64,000 nt of DNA from Takakia lepidozioides (lineage: Eukaryota; Plantae; Bryophyta): contig CM060733.1 of NCBI GenBank assembly GCA_030704615.1, forward strand, positions 66,154,001 to 66,218,000, given 5' to 3'. Under the pieces are notes generated by a model. The model was not told the origin of the DNA. It worked only from the letters and a program-made list of their open reading frames with translations, and did no database searches. Made by a program: the position numbers and the translations under genes. Below, piece by piece: positions 34,788 through 47,917 of this stretch (position 1 is its first letter; each line of letters opens with the position of its first letter).

Positions 34788-37787
34788 ATGAGCAACCACG
34801 AAAAAACTACATCAAACGGCGGGGATGCACCGCTTGGGTTTGATAGGTATCTGCCTCCCAAAGTCGATGGTAATGTGATCTTCGAGTTTCCACCTGTTAC
34901 TTCGTCAAACAAAGCCTTAGGGATGTTAACAGACATGGATCGAAAGCATGACAGACACCCCTGGTGTGTGACGAAGATCAGTAGCACGAAAATTGCTGAT
35001 GGTGTTCGTGTACGATACGTCCTCTGTGCGGGGAAGCTGAGGTGCCTCAATCCCGCCTGCTTCCACTTTCTCTCCAAAGGAGGGCGGAGGAACGAGACGG
35101 ATTGGACTAGCAAAACCCATCATCCATTCATTGTCTCCAGCCAGGCTCCAACGGGTACTTTCAAGTGTGCACATTGCAAAGAACCACCAACATGCATGTC
35201 CATGTGCAGAGCCAAGCAATATTATGTCATTCATTTGCTCCCAGACTTGACTAGAGCTTGCATACACGATGGGGCCCACTGCCACCCCTTGGCGAGAGGC
35301 AAGATGCGGGAGGCTGTGCAGGAAGCACATGACATCATAAAAGAGGAGGTGAAATTGAGCCCCGGAGCTAGACCAAAGCAGATTCAGCTGAAGGCACTAC
35401 TCAAGATTGCTCTTGGGAAAATTATGTCTAAAGGAAAGGACCGAGTGCCCTTGAACGAAGAGGAGATGCTTGACCTGTTGGAGTCCGTCTCGCACGTTTG
35501 TAGTCCAAATGTGCGGAATCACCTCGTATCTTGCAAGTAGGAGTTCGGCCGGGGGTCGGACATGCACTCAATCCTGGAGGTGAAACAAAGAACTGGATAT
35601 GACTACATCGGGTTTCTAGGGCAAGGCAGCGAATCCGATCATTGTTACATTTTTAAAATGTCAACGTGTGGGCCTGGGAGTGGAGTCGACTTGGTCACTC
35701 GAATGACAACTGGGAACTTGTCGAATGCTTGGGTGATATTTGACCACATCAAGCGAATTACAAACCATCAATGGGTGATCATGGGTGCGCATGTTTATGA
35801 CTATCACTCCAAGAGGCTCATGACGATTGCAATTTGCGAGATGAAAGGGGAGGACACACAGTTGGAGATAAATCTGTGGGAGGGCATAAACGAGCAGATG
35901 GCAAGGGCGGGATTGGCGGGTTTGCCAAAGCCCAATTTCAAGGGATTCATGGCAGACAATGCTCAGGCCAATTGGGCAGCGGTGTGGCGTGTGTATGGTG
36001 AGGACCCCAATGTTCCAATGGAGGGGAAAGAGAGATCCTGTGGATTCCATTGGATGCAGAGTCTATCTCACTACACTACAAAATTTGTTGCCAGCTCATT
36101 CCAAGCTAAACATCGTGTCCTTTGTACGGCGTGGAAGGATGCACCCACATTTGATGACGTGGAGGTTAAATTTGCTATCATCAAGGCTTGGTGGAATACG
36201 TCAGGTGCACTGGAGACAACCAATCTGGGAGCCTTGTACAGCTGGTTGGGGTGGTGGCATTACCAGTATGGACAGTTCGGACAGTACATGCGGGAGGTAT
36301 GATGCGAGTCTTTTGCTGCAATTGTCCTTCTATTACAGACTTTTCCATTTTTCCCTCACCATTGTTTCTGTCCTTATAGGAGCGGTGCCTGGATTCAGAC
36401 ACGGACATGCCAAACACGAATATGGCAGAATCAGTCCACTCCTCCTAGCGAGTGTCTTCTGCCACACATCTGGTGGACGTAGTGACAGCCACAACGGAGG
36501 ACATCGACAGAGCAATCATGCAGCAAGCCAGGTACTACAAGTTCCTGAGCGGGAAACAATGGGGCTTTGGGCCGGATAGGGAAGAATTGTTGGTACAAAC
36601 AACTTCGAGGTCGAAGAATCCACTGAAATGGGCAACAGCATTGCAAGAGAAGACCAAAGGGACGCCTCTGCACCGTAGAGGTGAACACCTAGAGGGGGAC
36701 GTCCGTACTCGCCCTGTGAGGTGGAGGATTGAAGAGGAACCCGGGTGCGAAGAGGATTCCTGGAGATCCGACAGGAACATTCGGACAACACCTCGAGGTC
36801 CCGTAATGTTGCCGCACAATCTGTCTTCCAGCAGTGGAAGCCCAAGAGTTTCCAGAACGCCATCGCCTTCAAGCGGGGATTCCGTGCGAGAAATTCCCAC
36901 CGCTCGCCTGCCCCAGATTCGGCCTGTTGTTATGCAGTATGGCCAACCCATTGTGGAGACGAGTGTGTTTGCATCATAGTAGAGAATTGCTCGCACAAGG
37001 CCAACGTTTTGAGGCAGGTGTTCCGCAATTTGAGTGAATACACGACAACATTGTTTAGAGAATGAAGAATCCAGATGGGGTTGTCCCTGCTCCTACTTTT
37101 ACAGGAAGATTTGTCCATGCAAAGTTTTCGGAGACGACAACTACCTAGTTCACTTGTGTGTATGGAAAGCCCAAGTATGGCATACAAACAATGCCAGAGG
37201 CTCCCCCAGTATGGCCGGTGGAACCAGGATACGATCTGAGTCAGGTTGAGGTTGACGCCCACACTGCCGCAGGATTTCGGATGGTGCAGCGCACTGACGT
37301 CCCCAGACAACCATTTCCGCTTCCACAGCCTCCACCACCAACCCCTATGAGAGGAAGAACAATCGGACACAACAACTCTAAGCATCCTACACACCGTTAG
37401 TAGGGAAACCGAAGCTCTAGGCGACGACCTCCCTCAAAAGTGAACAAGACAAGGATGGGGAATGCACTTTGGATGAATTGTACAATCCAGAGCTCAACAG
37501 AAGTACCCCCACCAGGCTTCGGGCGTGTGTATCAAATGGCCACGACAGGCTCAGCTGTCCGCAATGAGATGTACACCATCACCATTTCAGAATTACCCAC
37601 CTGCAATTGCACCGACTTCCAGATCATGGCGAACAAGGGGGCATCATACTGCCCTTGCAAGCATCTGTACTACGTGTATCTAAAGAGACTCCGGTGTAAT
37701 TCCACAACTCATCACTTCATACATGCACCAGGGTTGAGCCCCCAAGAGGTGTACGCTCTTCTGAATATGGATCCAAGGGACCAGTGA
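34788..37787 (+). pseudogene. Element B MULE-type transposase (GCM1-like finger, DDE, SWIM)
   Basis: HPWCVTKISS..CAGKLRC; WVIFDH, FMADNAQANW, CGFHW, NMAESVH; CNCTDF...PCKHL; in-frame stop 35538-40; intron ~36297-36379 equivalent to A. Confidence 0.85.
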
Positions 37788-38051
37788 ACTTGGCTTGCAG
37801 GCCACAAGACAATGTTATGCCCATCATTTTCGGAGTTTCAGTTATAGTAGAACTGTACTGCTGCAAGTACCTCTGACTTTGGCAACAGACAGGTTCGACT
37901 TATGTCTTGCCTACCAGTAACCTATTTTGCTCGAACTAAGATAATACTATGCCATTAACTTCTGTTTCCACGTGCTTGTATTTTTGTTTTTTGGGGGGTT
38001 CTTGTTTTTTTGCTTTCCCAAACATTGCTTTCCTCATTCGACCCCCGGCAA

Positions 38052-38570
38052 GGAAATGCGGCGCCGCATTTCCAATTAACGTCGTAGGTACTGGTAGTTG
38101 CGGCCTTCGTCATAGTAAGATACTTGCACCGAGTCTTCAGGGCACCGACCGTCGCCAACACCGAACCCCTCAAAAATCTCGCACGTGCGACCCGGAATGC
38201 AGCGCCGCATTTCCCAGTTGAGTCGCAAACGTTTCCCGCCGAACGCAGGAAGAAGAAAGAATTTTGAAGCACTGCAGATTGTTTTGTTGCATGGGGATCA
38301 TACAATCGCGGCAGAAGGGTCAACTTCATTCCAATGTTAGGGCATATAAAACTGCGGAATACTCTATACAGGCCAGTATGCGGCGTCCTTTTGCTGTGGT
38401 ATACTGGATTTGTCGTTGCACGGTCAGTCATTTCCATGAGCAGATCTAAAAAACCATGAGCGGAATTGCTACTAACGACATATCTTCGCCGCATTACAGG
38501 ATCTGGAACTTCCAAAAATGGCAATGTCAAACTATTATTTTAATACTTTTTTAATCTGCCGCATTTCCAA
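38052..38570. repeat. Motif-B palindromes downstream of transposase B
   Basis: Full copies at 38052 and 38193, half-sites near 38490 and 38560. Confidence 0.85.
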
Positions 38571-41500
38571 ATTTGGAGGAGTCCGCTCATGAAAACCGCG
38601 TGTCTTAGACTTTGGCTCACCGCTCATGCGGCTCATTGGTCATGGTTTCTGCTCATGAAATAGTAAACCTCCCCCTGATCCACCCCCCCACTGCCCCACC
38701 CTCACACCCTCCCCATTTTTACACCTCAGCACTCTTCCAAATTGTACCACTTCTGATAATATTCCAACATCCTATGCCCCCGGTACTGACTCTTACCACT
38801 CTTCTACAGGCACAATGCACAACCCACTTCAATTCTGCACATGCGTTCTACGCATGGACCTCAGATCGACCAAAGGTACGAACCCACATTTTTACTCTAC
38901 TGGCCCCCTGTCTTTTAGACCAATCTCCACTACTCTTATATCCACTCAGCACACACCACACTGTAGTGTGAATGCAGGGGAGTGACATTGAAATTTTTGT
39001 TGTTACTTGTTCAGATTCTGCATTTCTACAAGACAGGGGCTCTGATACTAGTGGGAAGGAAGTTGAGCTATCCTTGTGAGTTTATTTCATCCATTGAATG
39101 GACAGATTTTATCCCTGATTTATCATCCCAACGATGGCGGAGTTCATCCATACTTGCCAGGTTCTTTCAAGAGTTGAGAAAAGGATTTTCGCCTGGATGG
39201 AAGTAGATAAGCTATGAAACAATGGATTTTCATCCGGCGGATGAATGAAATTCATCCATGTTCTAGGAACATCATGGGAACATTGGGGAATGCTCGGCCA
39301 GGACATAGCCTTAGTACCTGTGATTTTTCATCCATAAGATGAACGTGGTTCATCCATTATTTATCATCCATGAGGATGAACGTATGGTCAGGTGTGTTTT
39401 TCATCTTCATCTATGCGCGATGGCCGGGAATGCCCTACGGGATGCTATGCGCAGAAGAAGAACGAGTAGAAGAGGGTGTAGCAGGGAAAACACTTGGTGG
39501 ATTCTGCTGAGGGGCTGTGGAATGAGGAAGGGTTGAGTGTAGAAGAGAACTGAGCGCGTTCTGCGACCTTGATTTGTCTTGATGAGGGGCTGTGGAAAGA
39601 GCAAGAGGTGGGAATAGCAAGGAACTTAGCGTATTCTGCTGCCTTGTAGTGTGCAGTTGTTCATCACGTCAAGCTCATCCTCCATGCAAGCTCATCCTCC
39701 AGCATTCAATGAAAAGACAAATGGCGGCACCGCAAGGCATGTGTGCAGCTGCCATACAGAGGGAGGCGGTGCCGCCATGGACGTTATGTTTGTCACTTGG
39801 CAATTAACTGAAAGATAAGCACGAGAAGGGAAGCAGCTCGGTCACATGTGCTGCGCCAGAAGGAGTGACTGCAGTTAAGCTTAGCGGTGGGTAAAGATCT
39901 AAGCTGTGGGTGAAGAATTGAACAGAAGAGAGGGCTTTGGGGTGTTGCTGCATTTTGTTATCAACCTGTAGTTATATCTTGAGATGGGTTTGATTAGCAG
40001 CAATGAAGGTAGGGGATGAGCAAGCATGTGGAGCAGCCTTGTAACTTGTGCACCTGCCAGAGGAGGGAGCAAGGCCATCAAGAATTGAAGGGATGACTAG
40101 AAGCTAGGGTTTGCAAGAGATCATGCTGCTGCTGCGAATGATGGACTGAGCAGGATTGTGAATAGTAGGTGATTGTGTTCGCTGTACCATCTCATAACTT
40201 TGCTTTAAAGGTGAATTGATTAGCATTAGGGCAGTAAGATGAAGTATAGATAGTAAAGCAGCTTGTCTGTCTGTGCTTCTGCTACAGAAGTAAGCGGTGC
40301 CATTAATGTTTATGAATTAACTAGGGCGGATGGTTTGTTGAGGGAAGCGCCATGACTTAATGACTCTGGCTACTGGAGAAACGCCGGAAGTAGCAGCAAG
40401 TGGCAGATACCAAGGCAGCTGCTGACGAGGATGTGAGAGCCAACGTGGGCAGGGAGCTCCACCGCCTGCTTCTAAGTAAAAATCAGCCATATGTCTGTGG
40501 GAGTGCTGATTGAGGGCAGATGTAGTTCACCCACAATGACAGAGTGTTTGATATTTATTTTGTTTTGCTCATTTGGCTTCAGCATTATGAATCTGCACAC
40601 AATGCGGCTCTGGGATTTTGATGGTTAAATGTACATGCAATCCAGTATAGTAGATGTGAACACTAATGAGGGTTAGCTGCAATTTCTTTGTAAGCAAAAA
40701 AAGGAAAGTGTGGATGGTTGGATACAAGGAGTAGGGCACATTGTCAAATCAGTATGCTTGCACACTGTAAGGCAATTAAATTCCAAGTTTAATTACTAGA
40801 GGTGGGATGGGGTTGCAAACTGACACTGATGTTGAGGTAAGAATTGATTCAAAGTGGACTTAGCCTGCGAACTTTGTTGGTTCAAAGCTAAAAGTGCAAA
40901 AGTGAGTTGTTGGGGGTGTGTAGATGCAAATTTATAGAAGCATTTGGAAACTGACTGACAAACTGGACTGCATCTGAAGGCAAACAGTGGGGAGGGTCTG
41001 TTTTGGGTGAGAGAAAGACTGATAAAGGAGTTGATTATATCTTGTGTGACCAAGGGTTAATTCCGAGACTGGATTCACTGGATACATGGCTGAATGTGTT
41101 TGCATTGCATGTAGATAGGCTGTTGGTTGGAAAGAGATGAACTAGGGGTTTTACAGAAGAAAGGAGATAGAAAATCTTTGGGAAAAGAAGGGGAGGGTTG
41201 CACAGTAAAATGGTTGATGAGGGGATGGTCAATGGAGAGACAAAGAGGAAAAACCATGAGCTATAGATGCCTCATCAGTCCTGCACATTTTGGTAGATCC
41301 CGGTTGCCATACAACTGTCAATGATTCAACAAAATGAGTTTGGTGCGTACTGACTAGGAGTGACACCCATAGGCTATCATTGACCCTGTCATACGATTGC
41401 TTGTATCACTAAACATTGACAGGAGAGATATCAAGGGAAAGGTCTTCGGTTCAAATGTGGTCGTAGGCTCTGTGGAAGAAAAATGATGAGATATGGCTAA

Positions 41501-41644
41501 AACAAATTTCAAAGTACTTTTGGTCACTGGACAATGATTGGAGCCTCAACAGGAGAGATATCAAAAGAAAGGTTTCGGGTTCGAATCTGGTCGTAGGCTC
41601 TGTGGAAAAAAAATGATTAGGTATGGCTTGCTTCATATATTGAT

Positions 41645-42010
41645 GCACTTGGACTTAGGCTCTCTGGAAAAAAAATTTGATTGGATAGGGGATTGCACTT
41701 GGACTTAGATGATATTGGACACTGGAGGTCGCACTTGGGCCTCTACATAGGAGAAGCACTTGGATACATAGGAGATTGCACTTGGGCCTAGATTTCAATT
41801 CTTCACACATGGGCCTTCACATAGGAGACGCACTTGGATACATAGGGGATTGCACTTGGACTTAGATGACACTAGACAGTTGGGCCAACGGCACGGACTA
41901 CCCTAGAGGTCGCACTTGGGCCTCGACATAGCAGATGCACTGGGATACATTAGAGATCTTGCACTTGGGCTTAGATGACATTGGATACTTGGGCCAACGG
42001 CACAGGCTAC
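41645..42010. repeat. Degenerate GCACTTGG minisatellite
   Basis: About ten gcacttggr units with higher-order duplication (gcacttggacttagatga; tgggccaacggcac x2). Confidence 0.75.
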
Positions 42011-43825
42011 CCTAATAAATTATGAAGCTTAGCACAATTGAAGTAGGGGTCCGGGCAGTGTTGTACTGGTATGTGCCAATTGGCATGGGTATGTGCAAGG
42101 GTATAGGTAAGGGTATGCCAAAACCAACCAGGCTAGTATGTCATTTAGCCTCTACCCCGAGTGTGTGTAGAACTTAGGGTTTAGGGTAGGAGTTATGGCA
42201 TTAGGGCTTGCCATGTTGTGTTTGCTATGGGAGGGATCAGTGATTTGAGTCGCTCGTATCATGGCTCCCAGCCGCTGGCATCATGTATCCGGCCAACTAC
42301 TACAACATGGATATTACCATAATATAACCATGTACTAAAATATAACCATGTACCTATTAAGGACCTCGATTACAATAGGTACAAATATAAAAGACATGTA
42401 AAAATAACATGGAGTTAACTTAAAATACCATAATATATAATATAATTGTTGAAGATAGCAGCCATTAAAAATACAACCATACCATTGTATATACCATACC
42501 ATACCATTGTACATACTGCCCCAATATGTCATTTGTTTTTTTGCCATACCCATGCCTAGGACCAGGGTATCTCAAAATTGGAAATAACCATACCCATCCT
42601 ATAACCTACCGTGGCCAGTCCTAATCTACATTGGGCCCTACCACTTGGACCCAACAACCAAGTTGGACCTACCAGGACCAATCTGGTATGCCAAAATGAC
42701 TGGTTCAGATTAAGTAGAATGCAAATGTGAAAGAAATATTTTAGTATCCATGTGATAATACAAACTTTTCATTTCAACATGGTAATCACTTGTACCAGTA
42801 TATCCCAAAGCTGAAAATAAATTATAAGAGCGTAGTACCATTGGAATAGGGTTTAGGGTTCAGAGTAAGTAGATTGCAAATGTGACAAAAAAATGATAGA
42901 ACCTCCACATGTAGAGACTTTTCATTTCAACATGATACTCAATTGTGCCGGTATGACCCAAAGCTGAAAATTTGGTAACTACCAATTTATCACTACCACT
43001 ACCAATTTAGTAAGGTAGATAACTCTTTAATTCAACATGGTAGTCAAAGTTTATGAACAATCTTTTCAAATCAACTCGTGCTAGTATAATTTAGTAACTA
43101 CCATTAGTTTTATCATTAGTACTTGACGTGGATAAGTTTTTATTGGAGCAGACACTAAAAAGGGAGCATACACTACCTTTGTGAGGGGCACCCTCCGGAA
43201 GTGTGACTTACCTTGATAAAAATAATTAGTTTAGGTTTTCCAGATATCCTCTAGAAAGCCCTTCACACAAGCATCAACATGTTGTCTGCGAGCTTCCCGA
43301 CAATTGGACCCCAACAGGACCAGGCCTATAGGCTCAGCCTCAAGATTTCCAAAGTTGGTGAACAGAAGTGCAGGGGAACAATGTTGTCTGGGTTGAAAGA
43401 GAGAGGGAGGGAGAGAGAGTACACCTAGAGATCATCGAGTTCTTCCCTCATGACATCAGTGTCAGGCCATTGCGCACTAACTTGAGTGATCGTTCTGTCA
43501 CGAAGCCACCACACACGAGCAAACATATATACTAGTATGCAGAATCTTTTATCTAAGCAACAGATTTAAGATTTCAAGCTTGGATTGTATGTGTAGCTGG
43601 AACTTTTGCTAATCAATATATATACTAGGATCTGCGCACCACAAAATCTCTGCAACAACAATATCTAAACAACAGATTTAAGCTTTCAAAGTCATATTGC
43701 GTTCATGGAGTAGCTGAAACTTTTGTGAATCTGAATCCAAACACAAGATTATCAATTCCACGTATGCTCAAGAATGCCTAGACATATATACACAGCTCTT
43801 AGAACAAACATTCCACAACAAAACG

Positions 43826-44585
43826 TTGCCAAGAGTAGCCTTAGGTTTCCAAAGCCTTAATCCCATACCCATGCTGCACATACCTTACAATCATGGCACT
43901 CCAAAATACAACATCTCGTTCAGCCGTATTGTCGAACTCTCCCTTGGCATCAGGCTTTCTGCACCCACATTTGGCATACATGTCCACCAGGGCAGAGTTC
44001 AGAATGACAGCTGGTACAATTTCAGCTTTAAGGATGGCACCATGGCCGAGAGATAGATATCTCAATTTCCTGCTACCAATGAGTTCAATGCATATTCTGG
44101 TCTCCGAAGCGTGACATTGCCCGCTTCTTTTCAATGATAGAATGACAGTTGTTGCTGCTGCTGTTGCCCTCCCTTGGTTTCCTCGACATAAGCAAGGGGA
44201 ATGAGACAGCAGGGCTGCTGCTCTCTCCCAGCACCCAAAAAAAACAAAAGAAAAAAAAATGGGAGGGGCTGAGAGAGCCGCCATGGCTGTGAAGTCACTA
44301 CGCCAAATCATGGTTTTTTTTTTTAATTATTTTAGAGTCATGGTTTTCATGACTCAGACCATGATTCGATCTCGTCATGGTTCAAAAATGTCATGGGTAC
44401 GACCGAAAATGACAAAAAAAGGTCGTGTATATGCCTCTATCCCGGTCAACGTCGGTTGCCTGGAATAGAGTTGTGATCATGGGTCACGCACATGACTTTA
44501 AACAATAATGCAGATGACTCTAAATTTTTAGATTGATGTAGTCAACTCCCTTTGACCAAGATAAGGTCATTTGCATGACTCTTAT
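43826..44585. mobile_element. Remnant of a further Pack-CACTA with PPR fragment and CATGA-rich right subterminal region
   Basis: 43840-44095 is homologous to 9425-9675 (DMYAKCGC..PDAKGEFD); 44300-44585 resembles the 11460-11900 subterminal pattern; no TIR seen. Confidence 0.55.
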
Positions 44586-45857
44586 GAAAATCCATTGATG
44601 GATGATTTCATTACATGAATGAAATTTTGATTATTTTCATTCATCAATTGGATGATTTCATTACATGTAAGGATTTGGATGATTTCGTCCACCTATTTCA
44701 TTCACATGGGGACTTCGATACTTGTCAAGAACACCCTCACTGTCACTCTTCTTCCCACTCCGGGAGCCTACTAGGGTGGCGATCAAGGGGATGCTCTGGT
44801 TAGTCAAGAAGAAAGGCTTGTAGGACGAATGGAGGTGATGAGGGAAACACAGAAGGCATGCAAAACAAGACAAGGATGCTAGGGTTGTGGGGTACTTGGT
44901 CACGAACAGGAGATGAAATCGCGATTTTCATTCAAGCAGGATGAAATGATGTTTTTTCATTACAGGTGGATGACGGCTGGAAGGATGTTAGGGAATGAAA
45001 AATGGGAATGAAAAATGGGAGTGAAATAATGATTTTTCATTGCAGGTGGATGACGAGATGGAAGGATCTGGGGAGTGAACATGGGGATGAAATGACCATT
45101 TTTCATTATCAGGTGAGATAAAAAAGCGAAATTTTCATCAAACAGTTGGCATGGATAAGAGGGACCAACAGTGAAGACAAAATACAGCAGGCTACTTATT
45201 AAGTGATAAATTACCAGTCGGTAATGAAGTGATAGGGCTGGGTCCACGTATCTTAGTATGTATTTTAGGACTATGAGTCAAAGGTAGTCACATGGCACAG
45301 AGGGGGATAACACCCGGCGGCCATTAGAATTCCAGCAATCTTTGTCTCTTATATTTTATATCATAGTTAGCCATACAGCCAAGTTCACGTGAAAGTGACG
45401 GTGCATTAAATAACTTAGGGGCTGACTGTACCAATATAAGCAAGGATGCAAGCCAAGCTCTCTCTCTAAGTTTTCAGATTGTACGAGTTTATTGTAAGGT
45501 AAAATCTCGTGGTGCAAAATTTTGGCCAAGTGTCGGGACGTGGGGAGGAAGCTGAAACTTGGATGAAGAGGGGATGAATGCAGGTAACGAAAGGATGATG
45601 AAAGTGCATAGGAGGTACATCCAGTTGGCGTTGCTGGATGACTAACGGATGAACTAAGGCAGTAACCAAAATAGCAGAATACTGTTATAGTTCATCCAAT
45701 TGGATGATAAGGAGTAGTTGGCAGACTCCGCATAGATAGAAGGCATCGACGAGCAAATAGCCGAGAGGGGGAAGAATACCCGCGGACTACTATCACTCCG
45801 TTACCTGTGAGTCAGTTTATCTGTTGTATGCGAAGAACCTTGGTCAACAAGAACGTT

Positions 45858-45869
45858 GCTCTGATACCA
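45858..45869 (-). other. tRNA-iMet primer-binding-site-like sequence (LTR retroelement remnant)
   Basis: GCTCTGATACCA = reverse complement of TGGTATCAGAGC; 11/12 match also at 39039-39050; no LTR pair or pol identified. Confidence 0.45.
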
Positions 45870-47815
45870 AAAAGAGGGGTGCTGCATTAACTCAATTCAT
45901 CAGCAGCTTGGGTTAGTATTCTGACACAAATGACACCGCAGCAGAAGGGAAAGCATCACTCATGCCATCTAGCTATCTATCCTAGAAACAAACATATCTA
46001 GTTGCAGTTCAAATCCTCTTATAGTTTTTTTATTTCTTGATTTATTTCTTAATTTGCCCTTTGGAAGGGGAACACCAGCATTGGTTTGATAAATCTGATC
46101 CGAAGCATACTTTCGTGGCTTGCCCTCTTGGTTGATCAGTCACCGCCCTCTTTCTTGGTTGCATCACGATGACCAGCCGGTAGGTGGAGCCTCCATGTTT
46201 GTTGCTTCAACGATTCTTCCCTTGCATTGTCACCTCCCTGAATACTAACGACACTTATGTAGAATGTCTATCTCTCACTTGCTGGATTTGGAACAGGCTG
46301 TCGGGAATGCTGTACTTATGCTAGGTTTCCTGGGTTACTCATGAATTCCAACTACTTAGATGAGGACCAGCACTCTCATAAAAGAATTTATTTGCCACAT
46401 TAATTCACTACTAGCATGCAAATAGTGCAACCTGGGCTACTGCTCTAATCAGGTCTGGATTTGCTGCAACTGAGCTCCCAAAAGTCCTCAGAATCTGATC
46501 AAGCTACACTCTCATAACTACTTGGGGTATCATGACATCTAAAGGACCAATTCCCAAGGCTGAAAGCTACACATGCCATCCGCAATAATGAATATTTTTG
46601 TTAAATTCACATCAGAGCTCACAATACCATGCCACTGAACACTTGTAGAGATTCACATGATTGCAACTCCTCTTTACTATTGGCCTCATATTGAAAAATC
46701 AAAGTTTTTTTTCTTCTTCTTAAAAGACAGATTTGCTTAGGCACTTTTTTTTAAATTTAATTTGTGTCTAATCTGCCCTTCCACTACAGGCCTTGTGCAT
46801 GCATCTGACACTTCTCAGGACTGAACTTACATGACTTCTCACAGAGGATAGTAATTGTGCAGGCTTATCCTAACAGAACTAATATTCTCAAGATACACAA
46901 GCTCTTAAGTTACAATCGGCTCCAAAAGTATAACTGATGTTGTAAACATATTAGTGGGGAAATGCCAAATAACGATATGATAATCTTGCGGATATTTGGA
47001 TTATCTTCATCCAGATCTGTATATGCAGCAAGTCGAGAGTGACCGTGAATTGATCTTGTTCCACATCCAGTTATGAAGGAAGGCAAACACATCAAGAAAA
47101 CATTAACCAACAGCAGTAATGCTGATCTGTGTAATATGGATCGCACAGCTGAGATACACAATGTTCAACCCAATCATGGTAGCTTGTATTCGGGCTTGTA
47201 TTAATTCCCTGGCAGGAAAGAAAGGAGAATACAGAGCGTAGACCCTAAACCCACAGCCCACAAGGCAAGAGAAGAAATCCGTATGACTTGGTTACGCATA
47301 GACATGGCACAAACACCCAAATAGCGGGCTGCCCTACTTTATCCCTCTGTATCTTCCTTGGCCAAGGCGGCTGATGGATAAACATCTATCCAAAAACGAT
47401 TCAGCAGATGTGAATTGGACCAATCGTTGAAACAATAAGTACATAGGAACCTGCAATTCTATGCATTCAACTATGTACATTAGGTTACGGAGAGTTAGCG
47501 CGTTGATCTCAAGACTCCTATGTAAGGTGGGGCTTTCAGTACCGCAAGAGTGATGTGAACTCAGGGCCATCGTTGTTTGCAGTACTAGGGCTATTTCAGC
47601 AGCAGCGACAGTAGCGCGGGCTGGAATATCATCTAACGTGCAGAGAAGTGAATCGCAAGGAACACCCACAACGCCGCCTTCTCCAGATCACGGCGGGGAA
47701 ACAAGGCCTAGAGTCTAATAGCAGTACAGCAGGTGTAAAAGAGAACTTCACCTGGTCCATTTAGGACCCAAAGGGTGTTGTACGAGAAACCATGGATGAC
47801 ATGTGCCTAATGTAT

Positions 47816-47917
47816 AGCGGAAAGTTCCTGCCCTGGGACTTTCCGCCGTTTAAGGGTGGGCCCGAGGGCATACCCGCAAGCAAACGGCGGAAAGTCCGCG
47901 GGCAGGAACTTTCCACT
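47816..47917. repeat. 36-bp inverted repeat pair, each arm internally palindromic
   Basis: agcggaaagttcctgccctgggactttccgccgttt ... aaacggcggaaagtccgcgggcaggaactttccact. Confidence 0.85.

Noticed and set aside
38655-38970. 3' continuation of the LINE at 4140-4750, bracketing the nest
   Set aside because: Only C-rich composition and a vague Cys/His pattern; no TSD
39700-41300. Degenerate LINE or other coding remnant
   Set aside because: No recognisable motif
42174-42190. Telomere or interstitial telomeric array (also ~42849 and ~51656)
   Set aside because: Only 2-3 imperfect TTTAGGG units each
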